64,000 nt of DNA. Source: Pseudomonadota bacterium. GTDB lineage: Bacteria; Pseudomonadota; Gammaproteobacteria; Pseudomonadales; UBA7434. Where the stretch lies: the NCBI GenBank assembly GCA_036344075.1, contig JAYYUJ010000008.1, positions 27,730 to 91,729 on the forward strand, written 5' to 3'. This document shows positions 38,608-48,104 of this stretch, piece by piece; position 1 is the first letter of the stretch; every line of letters begins with the position of its first letter. The notes under the pieces were generated by a model. The model searched no databases and was not told the origin of the DNA. It worked only from the letters and a program-made list of their open reading frames with translations. The position numbers and the translations under genes are program-made.

Positions 38608-38708
38608 TTAGTATGATCCGCCTGAAAAAAACGACAGATTAATACTCTACCCGAAAAAAAGCGCAGTCATACTTAATAAGTGTTTAGACCAAAGACTGGG
38701 CAGTAACC

Positions 38709-40595
38709 CTACACGACTTCAGCAAGGTCACCTTTAGCCTCTAACCACTTCTTCCTATCGGGGGCACGTTTCTTAGCCAATAGCATATCGAGCAATGTCT
38801 CGGTGCCATCACCGGCCCCCGCGGTTAGCTGCACTAAACGACGGGTATCTTTATCCATGGTAGTTTCACGCAACTGCAAGGGATTCATTTCACCCAAACC
38901 CTTAAAACGCTGAACGTTAACCTTGCCACGTTTTTTCTCGGCTTTAATACGGTCGAGAATGCCGGTTTTTTCAGCATCGTCAAGAGCGTAGTAGACGTTA
39001 TCGCCAATATCGATTCGGTACAGGGGTGGCATGGCGACATACACATGACCCGCAGAAACTAGCGGTCGAAAGTGACGCATAAACAGTGCGCAAATTAAAG
39101 TAGCGATATGTAGACCATCAGAGTCAGCGTCGGCAAGGATACAAATTTTATGGTAGCGAAGACCAGACAAATCGTTTGAGGCTGGATCAATCCCCATCGC
39201 AACGGCAATATTATGAATTTCGTCGGAGGCCAGTATTTCCTGTGAATCAACTTCCCATGCATTTAAAATTTTACCCCGTAAAGGCAAAATAGCCTGGAAA
39301 CTTCTATCCCGCGCCTGCTTAGCCGAGCCGCCCGCCGAATCCCCCTCGACTAAAAATAATTCACCTAACTCTGGGTCGTCACTTGAGCAATCGGCTAATT
39401 TTCCGGGCAGAGCTGGACCTTGAACAATACGCTTACGGGCTACTTTTTTTGCTTTTCTTGATCGTGCTTGCGCGCTATTAATGGCTAGCTCAGCAATTAA
39501 GTCAGCTTCTTCTGTGTGTTGATTCAACCAGAGGCCTAGCGCATCTTTAGCGACCCCAGAAATGAACGGAGCGCATTCTCGCGATGACAAGCGTTCTTTC
39601 GTTTGGCCTGAAAATTGTGGGTCTGTTAATTTTGCAGACAAGACATAACTGCAGCGATCCCAGATATCGTCTGCTGTTAACTTAAGGCCTTTAGGCAGTA
39701 GATTTCTAAATTCACAATACTCGCGGATCGCATCTAACATACCAGTTCGCAAGCCATTCACATGCGTACCACCCTGAGCTGTGGGAATTAAATTAACATA
39801 ACTTTCAGCGACGATATCACCGCCCTCTGGCAACCACTGCACAGCCCAATCAACCGCTTCTGTCTCACCACTAAAGCTACCCATGAAGGGCAATTCGGGT
39901 AATACTGGCCAACCCTGCGTAGCCGATAAAATATAATCCTTTAAGCCGTCTTCATAGAACCACTCTTCTTTCTCGCCACTTTTCTCATCATGAAAAGTAA
40001 TGCGTAAACCTGGGCATAGCACAGCTTTCGCTCGCAATACATGGTGCAAGCGTCGGATAGAAAATTTGACTGAATCAAAGTACTGCTTATCGGGCCAAAA
40101 TCGGACAGCGGTACCAGTATTCCTTTGACCGACAGTGCCAGTTTGCTTCAATTTACTTTTCAACTTGCCATCACCAAAGGTAATATTAAACTTCTTGGCA
40201 TCGCGTTTAATATCAACTTCTAACTTGGTTGATAAAGCATTAACTACCGACACTCCAACGCCATGTAAGCCACCTGAAAATTGATAATTTTTATTTGAAA
40301 ATTTACCGCCCGAATGAAGCTTAGTCAAAATCAGCTCGACCCCTGACATTTTATGTTCAGGGTGAATATCAACGGGCATACCACGACCATTATCAACTGC
40401 CGATAAAGAACCGTCTTTATGGGCCACTACATGAATGGTGTCGGCATAGCCGGCTAGAGCTTCATCAACCGAATTATCAATAATTTCTTGAGCTAAATGG
40501 TTAGGCCGTTGCGTATCGGTATACATACCGGGTCGTTTTCGGACTGGCTCTAAACCGGTCAAAACCTCAATTGAATCGGCGTTATATTCAGACAT
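38709..40595 (-). CDS. parE: DNA topoisomerase IV subunit B
   Basis: The 628-aa product has the GHKL ATPase (EIIDNSVDEA, GLHGVG) and Toprim (LVEGDSAGGS, PLRGKILN) motifs. The parE-yqiA-cpdA-yqiB synteny matches E. coli. Confidence 0.95.
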   Translation of the reverse strand: MSEYNADSIEVLTGLEPVRKRPGMYTDTQRPNHLAQEIIDNSVDEALAGYADTIHVVAHKDGSLSAVDNGRGMPVDIHPEHKMSGVELILTKLHSGGKFSNKNYQFSGGLHGVGVSVVNALSTKLEVDIKRDAKKFNITFGDGKLKSKLKQTGTVGQRNTGTAVRFWPDKQYFDSVKFSIRRLHHVLRAKAVLCPGLRITFHDEKSGEKEEWFYEDGLKDYILSATQGWPVLPELPFMGSFSGETEAVDWAVQWLPEGGDIVAESYVNLIPTAQGGTHVNGLRTGMLDAIREYCEFRNLLPKGLKLTADDIWDRCSYVLSAKLTDPQFSGQTKERLSSRECAPFISGVAKDALGLWLNQHTEEADLIAELAINSAQARSRKAKKVARKRIVQGPALPGKLADCSSDDPELGELFLVEGDSAGGSAKQARDRSFQAILPLRGKILNAWEVDSQEILASDEIHNIAVAMGIDPASNDLSGLRYHKICILADADSDGLHIATLICALFMRHFRPLVSAGHVYVAMPPLYRIDIGDNVYYALDDAEKTGILDRIKAEKKRGKVNVQRFKGLGEMNPLQLRETTMDKDTRRLVQLTAGAGDGTETLLDMLLAKKRAPDRKKWLEAKGDLAEVV

Positions 40596-40632
40596 AATTT
40601 TTCACTACTGCTATCAAGTTAAGTAAATATTG

Positions 40633-41211
40633 CTATGTGATTAAAAAATCAGTAATCGCCGGTAGCCATCGAGCAAAATTTTGAAAGCTGTGATCGCCAC
40701 CGTATTCAATCACCGTCCTACAACGGCGATAATACGCAGTGGCCTGACTGTAATCGAGTGTTTCATCGCCGGTTTGCAATAGTACCCATCGCTGCTTAGG
40801 CTGACGAATATCATCAACACTTAGAGCCTGTAACTCTATCATATGTTGTTTACTAAGCGTGTAAGTTTCACCCGTATAATCATTGCGCTGTGGACCAAGG
40901 TAGTCAACTAGCAGATGATCAGGGTAAATAGCGGGATTGATCAGCACAGCTTTACAATCAAACTGCTGGGCTAAATAATTCGCATAATAACCACCCAGCG
41001 AGCTGCCAATTAGCAGCGGTTGCTCAGCGCCGGCAATCAACGACTGAAGCTGAGAAATAGCTAGCGCAGGAGCATGGGGCAATTGCGGGACTTGATAGTC
41101 GATAAGGGCTTGTCCTGCGATTTGGCAATGCTGAAAGTAACGACCACAAAGTTGAGCTTTATGGGACTGCGGCGAACTGTTGTAGCCGTGTAAATAAAAA
41201 ATGGTCTTCAA
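40633..41211 (-). CDS. yqiA: YqiA-family esterase (alpha/beta hydrolase)
   Basis: The 192-aa product begins IFYLHGYNSSP and has the nucleophile elbow GSSLGG. Its position next to parE is conserved. Confidence 0.8.
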   Translation of the reverse strand: MKTIFYLHGYNSSPQSHKAQLCGRYFQHCQIAGQALIDYQVPQLPHAPALAISQLQSLIAGAEQPLLIGSSLGGYYANYLAQQFDCKAVLINPAIYPDHLLVDYLGPQRNDYTGETYTLSKQHMIELQALSVDDIRQPKQRWVLLQTGDETLDYSQATAYYRRCRTVIEYGGDHSFQNFARWLPAITDFLIT

Positions 41212-41248
41212 GGCCGCATCATCTCAGTGAACAAACGCAAGCAGTCAA

Positions 41249-42100
41249 TCACTTATAGCCCTGCGATGCATAATCAACCGCTAAATCAACACCGTCTAGC
41301 CGCGACACTGCAGTCTCAATATAACCATTGGGGTGCAGATCTAACCACCGATAACCGGGCGCCATTTGATCGAGTTTAAAGCCTTCGGTATTGGGTGCAA
41401 ATTGAACGCATGTTGAGGGTGCAGATAGCAATTGCACCCCAGGTAAACGTGCATCTTGTCCGCTAAACGCTTGATGCACATGGCCCCATAACACTGCCCG
41501 CATCCGAGACTCTCGACAAAGGATGGCTAACAATTTATTACTATCGGCAAGCCGCTGCTCATCAAGCCAGTCGCAACCAATTGGAATCGGCTGGTGATGA
41601 AGGCAAGCAATGACGTAATCGGCATCAGCATGCGCGAATAATGCCTGCTCTAAATACACCAACTCTTGCTCACCCAGTTCGCCTCCCACTTGACCAGGGA
41701 CAGCCGAGTCCATCATCACGATTAGCCAGCGACCCGCGCGAACCGTTCGAGGCAATAAACAATTACCTACGGTATCAACCATCAAGTCGCGCCTATCATG
41801 GTTGCCGGCTAGCCATGCATAAGGCAACCCTAATGGCGCTAGCTTCGCCTTTAGCCGAAGATAGGCCTCGGCCGAGCCGTGATTGGCTAAATCCCCAGTG
41901 GCGAGGAGTAGATGAGCCTCTGGTTGCTCCTCTTTAATCAGCGTTAGCACATGATCAAGGCTACTATCGGTATCCATACCCACTAAGCGCTCTCCGCTTT
42001 GCTTACCTAAATGGCAATCGGTAATTTGCACTAAACGCAAAACTTGATTGGCGCTAAAGGCACCAAGCTGAAGATGTTCAAGTGGCGGCATATCGGTCAT
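41249..42100 (-). CDS. cpdA: 3',5'-cyclic-AMP phosphodiesterase
   Basis: Metallophosphoesterase motifs are present (ITDCHLG, TGDLANHG, GNHD, HH) and the product is collinear with E. coli CpdA. The ATG at 42100 is preferred over the longer ORF reaching 42133. Confidence 0.85.
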   Translation of the reverse strand: MTDMPPLEHLQLGAFSANQVLRLVQITDCHLGKQSGERLVGMDTDSSLDHVLTLIKEEQPEAHLLLATGDLANHGSAEAYLRLKAKLAPLGLPYAWLAGNHDRRDLMVDTVGNCLLPRTVRAGRWLIVMMDSAVPGQVGGELGEQELVYLEQALFAHADADYVIACLHHQPIPIGCDWLDEQRLADSNKLLAILCRESRMRAVLWGHVHQAFSGQDARLPGVQLLSAPSTCVQFAPNTEGFKLDQMAPGYRWLDLHPNGYIETAVSRLDGVDLAVDYASQGYK

Positions 42101-42116
42101 AAATTTAGACTCATTA

Positions 42117-42734
42117 CTAACTCCGCTGGGCATTCTGAGCCAGCGAAACGGCTTGGCTGCTGGCTTTGGCCGGCCGCAGTTGCGCCGATGACGCCTCGGC
42201 CGTAGCTAGCCAAGCAAAATCAGATTGGGCGTCTAAAAAGACCGTCTCACTTAAGCCTTGCTTTAAGGTAAGACTTAACCACTCGGCGAGAAACCGATTT
42301 TGCTGCTCTTTTTCATCTGGCTGAAACATAAGCTCATTAGGGTACTGGTAACTGGCCAACCGACTAGGTTGCTGATTACACGCCACCACCTCAGCCATCT
42401 TCGCATCGTGATAGAGTCGAATCGATAGGTTCACACACGCGGCTTGGCAGGCTTGTGGCATTGATTCAATATTCAAATGTAAATTAACCATAGTGGTAAA
42501 TCGACAACGCTCGGTAATCATTAACTGCAAATGCGCTAACCTTTCTGCGCCTAAGTCAATATGACAACGCTTCTGACCCTCGGCTGGACAAAACTCAAGA
42601 TGCTGGTCATCCGACGCGCCATTTAAACCCTTGAAATTAAGAGACGGCATAATCTGGCACAAACGCAAGTAATTGAGCTCACAATTGGCCATCATAGCTT
42701 TAATATCAAAACGGTATTTTTTTTTCACGATCAC
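42117..42734 (-). CDS. DUF1249-family protein (YqiB-like)
   Basis: The 205-aa product is identified mainly by its conserved position upstream of cpdA, as in E. coli yqiB. Confidence 0.6.
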   Translation of the reverse strand: MIVKKKYRFDIKAMMANCELNYLRLCQIMPSLNFKGLNGASDDQHLEFCPAEGQKRCHIDLGAERLAHLQLMITERCRFTTMVNLHLNIESMPQACQAACVNLSIRLYHDAKMAEVVACNQQPSRLASYQYPNELMFQPDEKEQQNRFLAEWLSLTLKQGLSETVFLDAQSDFAWLATAEASSAQLRPAKASSQAVSLAQNAQRS

Positions 42735-42886
42735 TCATATTTGATTGTAGGGATTGTTAGCCGACTCACATCAACCAAGCAGTCGAAACTTACGAACCGC
42801 GGGATCGCCCATTAGGGCTAAAAACCAAAGGGTAAAGACTGTCGTATATTTGATGCAAGCACTGGCAGAGGTAAATTATAACAATA

Positions 42887-42917
42887 TTGCTTAAAGAGGC
42901 CTAGCAGCCCGTATAAT
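42887..42917 (+). promoter_or_regulatory. Possible sigma-70 promoter for tolC
   Basis: It reads TTGCTT-(19 nt)-TATAAT, about 120 nt upstream of the tolC ATG. The spacer is longer than optimal. Confidence 0.3.
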
Positions 42918-43038
42918 GTAAGCGGTTTGGTCTAAAACGGTAGTATTACTTCCACTTAACCTTAAATATTGTTGGCGCCGTCTAGCTTATCGGTCTGTTA
43001 AAATAATCATTCTATCGGATTTTTAGTAAGGATTTTTC

Positions 43039-44502
43039 ATGCCATTTGCTCCTTTGATTTCACTGCTTAAACGTTTCTTCGCCATGCTGAGCTGTGGCTT
43101 TGCCTGCTTTGCCATTAACCCTTGGGCACAGGCAGCTGATTTAGTGGATATTTACGAATTGGCATTGATTAACGACCCGACCTTAAAGGCCGCTAAAGCG
43201 AGCTTTAATGCCAGCCAAGAAATCAAGGCCAAAGCGATCTCACAGCTGCTGCCGCAGATCAGCGCAAGAGCGATCCATAACGAAACTGATGAGGATATCA
43301 ATAGTAAATTCTATTCTAGTAATTTTGATGTGGCCGCCTTTGGCGGTAACCCTATATCCAGTACTAATATTGAATCCGATACTACTACTTATTCAGTTAC
43401 TCTGTCACAAGATTTATTTAATCTCTCGGCCTATTTCTCATTTCATCAAAGTCGCGCGCTATCTAAACAGGGCGAGTTACAGTTGGCTATCGATCAGCAG
43501 GACTTAATTATTCGCACCGCCAACGCCTACTTTGATGTATTGCGCGGCCAAGATAACTTGACCTCTGCCCTCGCCGAAGAAAAAGCCATCCAACAACAGT
43601 TGGAACAAACCCAACAACGCTATGATGTTGGCTTAATCGCGATCACCGATGTTCACGAATCGCAGGCTGCGTATGATCTAGCTGTGGCCAATCGTCTGAC
43701 AGAAGAAGTTGGTTTAGGTATCGCCTATGAAAATCTTTCCGCGCTGACAGGTCAAGCCCATACCAATTTATCCAACCTTGCCGCCGGCTTTGTTACCCAA
43801 AAACCCACCCCCAATAAAGCCGAAGACTGGGTGGCTTTTGCCGCAGAAAATAATTTATCAATTAAGCTCGCCGAACAAGTGGCTGAGGCGGCCAACCAAA
43901 ATGCTAAGGCTAAAAAGGCCGCAACTGCACCCACTCTCAGAGCCACGCTGCGATACAATGATAGCGATCAAGACGCCGATAATACCAACCTAATTACTGA
44001 GACAAGCGACACCTCTTTTTTAAATAGAGACGGCGCAACTGCTGAGATTACGCTCGATTTACCTATTTGGGCAGGCGGCCTAAAACAAGCCGAGCGCCGC
44101 GAAGCAGGGTATCAACGCGTGCGTGATCAGGCTAACTTAATTGCCGCTAAGCGCTCAGCTTTTCGCGATACGCGCTCGGGCTTTTTAACCACTGTTGCCG
44201 ATACCTCGCGCGTTAATGCTCGACGACTGGCCATTACCTCAGCCGAAAGCGCCCTTGATGCAACCGAGGCCGGTTATGACGCTGGCACGCGTAATATTGT
44301 GGATCTATTAAATGCTCAGCGTGATTTGTTTCGTGCACAGCGTGACTACGCCAATACCCGTTACGATTTTATTATTAATTCACTGGGACTTAAGCGTGCG
44401 GCAGGCATTTTAGCGCCAAGTGATATTTATGAGCTAAATAACTGGCTGGTCGAGCCTGAAATATCAATGCAAACGAACCAGCCTACTACCACGATTAACT
44501 AA
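43039..44502 (+). CDS. tolC: Outer-membrane channel TolC
   Basis: After the signal peptide the mature start is ADLVDIYELALINDPTLKAA. There are two internal repeat halves, and the gene is divergent from the yqiB-cpdA block as in E. coli. Confidence 0.9.
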   Translation: MPFAPLISLLKRFFAMLSCGFACFAINPWAQAADLVDIYELALINDPTLKAAKASFNASQEIKAKAISQLLPQISARAIHNETDEDINSKFYSSNFDVAAFGGNPISSTNIESDTTTYSVTLSQDLFNLSAYFSFHQSRALSKQGELQLAIDQQDLIIRTANAYFDVLRGQDNLTSALAEEKAIQQQLEQTQQRYDVGLIAITDVHESQAAYDLAVANRLTEEVGLGIAYENLSALTGQAHTNLSNLAAGFVTQKPTPNKAEDWVAFAAENNLSIKLAEQVAEAANQNAKAKKAATAPTLRATLRYNDSDQDADNTNLITETSDTSFLNRDGATAEITLDLPIWAGGLKQAERREAGYQRVRDQANLIAAKRSAFRDTRSGFLTTVADTSRVNARRLAITSAESALDATEAGYDAGTRNIVDLLNAQRDLFRAQRDYANTRYDFIINSLGLKRAAGILAPSDIYELNNWLVEPEISMQTNQPTTTIN

Positions 44503-45761
44503 TACCGCCTCAATAACGGGTCAATCAGCGCTAGCAATCGCTGCAGTGCTCCCTGATTACTGGCCACCACATGCCTACCTGCTTGAGCCGCTATTTCTCG
44601 CTGCGAAGGATACTCAATATAATATCTGACATCCTGCGCAAGCTCTTCGGTTTTATTCACTAACTGGAGTGCGCCCGCGTTTTGCAGTAATTGACTAACA
44701 TGAGCAAAGTTAAAGAGATGAGGCCCAGCTAATATCGGCATGCCCCACGCCGCAGGTTCAATCAGGTTATGCCCCCCGTGGGGAATAATGCTACCGCCAA
44801 TAAAAGCAAGATCGGCGACGCCATAAAACTTCATCAACTGACCGATGCTATCGATTAATAAAATTTGCGTCCCACAGTCGGCCGTCGATGTGAAGGAACT
44901 GCGTTGATATGTTAATTGATACTGCTCAATCAATTCACCAACTTTACCGCAGCGCTCAGGGTGTCTGGGCGCCAAAATTAATAGTGTCTCGGCATTACTT
45001 TGTAATAAAGCCTGATGCGCCCGCAAAATACTCCCATCTTCACCATCATGGGTGCTGGCTGCTAACCATATAAACTGCTTTCCATTATCGAGTAATGATT
45101 GCCGCATGCTACCCGCCTCAACGGTGAGTGACTGGCTGATCTTTATGTCGAACTTGATACTGCCAGTCACATAAAGCTGCTGCGTTTGAGCGCCTAAGGC
45201 TAAAAAATTATCTGCATCCGAAGCATACTGCGCAGCAATATGTACGTCTCTTAGCATCGCCGTCACCAACCAATTGATCCGCAGATAGCCTTGTTTTGAC
45301 TTATCCGATAACCGTGCATTTGCAATTACAACCGGTATGGCTTGTCGCCGACACATAAATAGCATGCTCGGCCATAACTCGGTTTCCATCACGATGCATA
45401 ACGCCGGTTTCACCCGAATAAAAAACTGATAAACAAAAGGCAGCCAATCAAAAGGGGCATAGCAATGATATACCTCGTCACCAAATAAATTTTTCGCCCG
45501 TTCAGATCCCGTTGGCGTTGTGGTAGTGAGTATTAGTGGCCGATCTGGATAATCGCTGCGCAATTGTCTGATTAAAGGTTCAGCAGCAATCACTTCGCCA
45601 ACCGAGACCGCATGCAAATAAATACCGCCTGGTACTTGTGGGCAAATAAAACCACAACGCTCCAACCAGCGTTGTCGATACGCAACTGCACTTAAGGATC
45701 GTAACCATAGTCGAATAAAAAAAAACGGCCACATGACAGTCACAATCAGCCCATAAAGCAT
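44499..45761 (-). CDS. waaA: 3-deoxy-D-manno-octulosonic acid (Kdo) transferase
   Basis: From the ATG at 45761 the product is collinear with E. coli WaaA (LHAVSVGE, METELWP, IANARLS, PRHPER, GGH). The ORF is open to 45878, but that extension has no counterpart in WaaA. Confidence 0.9.
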   Translation of the reverse strand: MLYGLIVTVMWPFFFIRLWLRSLSAVAYRQRWLERCGFICPQVPGGIYLHAVSVGEVIAAEPLIRQLRSDYPDRPLILTTTTPTGSERAKNLFGDEVYHCYAPFDWLPFVYQFFIRVKPALCIVMETELWPSMLFMCRRQAIPVVIANARLSDKSKQGYLRINWLVTAMLRDVHIAAQYASDADNFLALGAQTQQLYVTGSIKFDIKISQSLTVEAGSMRQSLLDNGKQFIWLAASTHDGEDGSILRAHQALLQSNAETLLILAPRHPERCGKVGELIEQYQLTYQRSSFTSTADCGTQILLIDSIGQLMKFYGVADLAFIGGSIIPHGGHNLIEPAAWGMPILAGPHLFNFAHVSQLLQNAGALQLVNKTEELAQDVRYYIEYPSQREIAAQAGRHVVASNQGALQRLLALIDPLLRRY

Positions 45762-46095
45762 ATTAGCTAGCACAAATTTGCTCTCTGAGACGAAACAGTT
45801 AAGTGATTTACGTTTCAAAAATGAACCTACTATAGTGTCAGCATTAGAAAAACAGCAATAAGACAACTTAGTGACCAACTCTAAGGAAACTTTTTGTTGT
45901 CAAAACATGAACCTGAACAAAAAACCACCAGAAGCAAGGCTATTATACGTTTAATAACTGAAAGATTGGCAATAAAGGACGCATTAATCTGATAAGAATT
46001 GATTTTTAATGGTTGCTCGGAAAGAATAACGCAGCAGTGAATAGCTGATGAAAAGTGACATTCAGCGCATGCTCCCAAAGCCATCAATAAAGCCA

Positions 46096-46112
46096 TGCAC
46101 CATAAAAGTGCA
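46096..46112. promoter_or_regulatory. NtrC-type enhancer site upstream of glnII
   Basis: TGCACC-ATAAA-AGTGCA differs at one position from the consensus TGCACC-N5-GGTGCA. It is centred about 110 nt upstream of the -24 element. Confidence 0.55.
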
Positions 46113-46213
46113 TTAATGCTATTTTTTTGTGCTTTTCCCCCGGCGATACTAAAGCATCCTCAGTAAACTCACTACTTATCAATAACTTATAAATTTTCTC
46201 CACGCTATTAAGT

Positions 46214-46229
46214 TGGTATAGCTATTGCA
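46214..46229 (+). promoter_or_regulatory. Sigma-54 (-24/-12) promoter of glnII
   Basis: TGGTAT-AGCTA-TTGCA has exactly the spacing of the consensus TGGCAC-N5-TTGCW, with both the GG and GC dinucleotides present. It lies about 100 nt upstream of the ATG at 46331. Confidence 0.6.
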
Positions 46230-46330
46230 ATCTTAGGGGAGTCGCGGCGAAATACTGTGCCCAGAACTGTTTTACAACGTGCATATTTATGCACCCGAAT
46301 TTAAATTATTTAAACGGAGACCTATACACA

Positions 46331-47341
46331 ATGAAAGCAAAGTTAGAATATATTTGGTTAGACGGTTACTCGCCGACTCAAAGCCTACGCAGCAAAACAC
46401 AAGTCAGAGATAATTTCGGGGGTACACTTGATGAATGCCCAATGTGGTCTTTTGATGGTAGCTCAACGTTGCAAGCCGAAGGCAACTCATCGGATTGCTT
46501 ATTAAAGCCCGTTTTTATTTGCCCTGACCCTGATCGTAAAAATTCATACTTGGTCATGACCGAGGTCTTAAATGCTGACGGCACTCCGCATGCTACCAAT
46601 GGCCGTGCCACCATTGACGATGATGATGATGACTTTTGGTTTGGTTTCGAACAGGAGTATTTCCTCTGGGATATTGATACTAAATTACCTCCAGGCTTCC
46701 CGGCTAATGGTTATCCAGCGCCGCAAGGTCCTTACTACTGCTCAGTAGGTGCAGCTAATGCCTTTGGCCGTGGCTGTGTAGAAGACCACTTTGATCTTTG
46801 CCTAGATGCTGGCATTAATGTTGAAGGCATTAACGCTGAGGTCGCTGCTGGTCAATGGGAATTTCAGGTTTTTGCAAAAGGAGCCAAACGTGCCGGAGAT
46901 GAAACTTGGGTAGCGCGCTACTTGCTTGAAAGAACCGGCGAAAAGTATGGCTATGGAATCAACTACCATCCAAAACCGTTTGGCGAACTCGATTGGAACG
47001 GCTCAGGTATGCATGCCAACTTCTCAAATGGCGCCATGCGTGACTCAGGTGATGAAGCGGTCTTTACTAAAATTTGTGAAAACTTCGGCAAGAATATCGA
47101 ACGTCATATGAGCGTGTACGGAGCTGATAATGACCAGCGTCTAACCGGTAAACATGAAACTCAATCGATCGATGAATTCAGCTATGGTGTATCCGACCGT
47201 GGAGCGTCAATTCGTGTGCCTATTGGTACCGTTGAAGATGGCTGGAAAGGTCGCTTGGAAGATCGTCGCACTGCATCAAATGCTGACCCATACAAAGTAG
47301 CAGCAGCGATTATCAAAACCACTAAAGAAGCTTTAGCATAA
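46331..47341 (+). CDS. glnII: Glutamine synthetase type II (eukaryote-like GSII)
   Basis: The product is collinear with rhizobial GlnII (KLEYIWLDGY.PT, WSFDGSST.QAEG.SSDC.LKP, WFGFEQEYF, GYPAPQGPYYC, GINAEVA.GQWEFQ, DWNGSGMHANFS, RLTGKHET, DRGASIRVP). GGAGA precedes the ATG at 46331; the ORF-track start at 46289 is probably upstream of the true start. Confidence 0.9.
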   Translation: MKAKLEYIWLDGYSPTQSLRSKTQVRDNFGGTLDECPMWSFDGSSTLQAEGNSSDCLLKPVFICPDPDRKNSYLVMTEVLNADGTPHATNGRATIDDDDDDFWFGFEQEYFLWDIDTKLPPGFPANGYPAPQGPYYCSVGAANAFGRGCVEDHFDLCLDAGINVEGINAEVAAGQWEFQVFAKGAKRAGDETWVARYLLERTGEKYGYGINYHPKPFGELDWNGSGMHANFSNGAMRDSGDEAVFTKICENFGKNIERHMSVYGADNDQRLTGKHETQSIDEFSYGVSDRGASIRVPIGTVEDGWKGRLEDRRTASNADPYKVAAAIIKTTKEALA

Positions 47342-47350
47342 CCACTCCCC

Positions 47351-47380
47351 CACCCTGAAGACCCGTTTGTCTTCAGGGTG
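47351..47380 (+). terminator. Hairpin terminator after glnII
   Basis: There is a perfect 12-bp stem CACCCTGAAGAC / GTCTTCAGGGTG with a 6-nt loop, 10 nt after the stop codon. The following T tract is weak (GCTTTAG). Confidence 0.6.
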
Positions 47381-47606
47381 GCTTTAGCCTCCAAGTCACT
47401 CCTACTCTCTTTTCTCTTCACCAACGCCAAGTTAGCCATTCCTTCAGCCATTCAACCGCTCAATAATGCACTCAAGTTCTATAGCTAAACGGGCAGTTTC
47501 AACATCGCGCAATTGTAAAAAAATTATACCTAGTTCGCAGTTTTGAAAATAAAAACCATATTCAAATACGTGGACCCAATCTAGCATTCGCCACTGTAGA
47601 TTATGT

Positions 47607-47897
47607 ATGAAGACATTGACCAGCTTACTCGCATGCTTATTGCTGCATTACATGGCATCGCCCTTGGCGCAGACCTATCAGGTAACTGATTCCAATGGGC
47701 ATACACAATTTACCGATCAATACTCTGAGGCGCATCAAGCCTCAGCATCAATCACTGTCACACAAAAGGAGCCAGTCGACTATCAAACTACAGACAACAG
47801 TCTTGTACCACCAACATCAGTTAGCCGGCCAATTCAACAATGTAAAACCAAAAATGAATTACTCAGCCAACAAAAGCAACAACGCTATCTTGTTTGA
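47607..47897 (+). CDS. Small secreted DUF4124-like protein
   Basis: The signal peptide is followed by YQVTDSNGHTQFTDQ, which matches the Y.W.D..G...FSD pattern of DUF4124. Confidence 0.5.
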   Translation: MKTLTSLLACLLLHYMASPLAQTYQVTDSNGHTQFTDQYSEAHQASASITVTQKEPVDYQTTDNSLVPPTSVSRPIQQCKTKNELLSQQKQQRYLV

Positions 47898-48104
47898 CAA
47901 CAACAATTAGCCGATAAAAAAAGCAAATAGGCCAACTTAAAACGCATCTCAATTAGGCAAAAAAATACAGGCAGACGATTTTGTTGCGAATACTCTAGGA
48001 GGTTTTAAATTAACTCGAACTTATAGTGATAGGGTCAGCACCATTCATAAAAAACTGATACTCAACGAAAAGGCTTAGTTATCTTTGCGACGCAATAATC
48101 CCAA

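Noticed and set aside
42735-43038. A 300-nt gap occupies the position where E. coli has nudF, between yqiB and tolC. I considered a hidden small gene or sRNA.
   Set aside because: There is no ORF with an RBS and no conserved-looking structure. The gap probably just holds the divergent promoters, and absence of nudF at this position is common outside enterics.
45881-46096. A 71-aa Cys-rich ORF lies between waaA and glnII.
   Set aside because: It has no ribosome-binding site and an odd composition. It occupies the region that carries the NtrC enhancer site for glnII, so it is most likely non-coding regulatory DNA.
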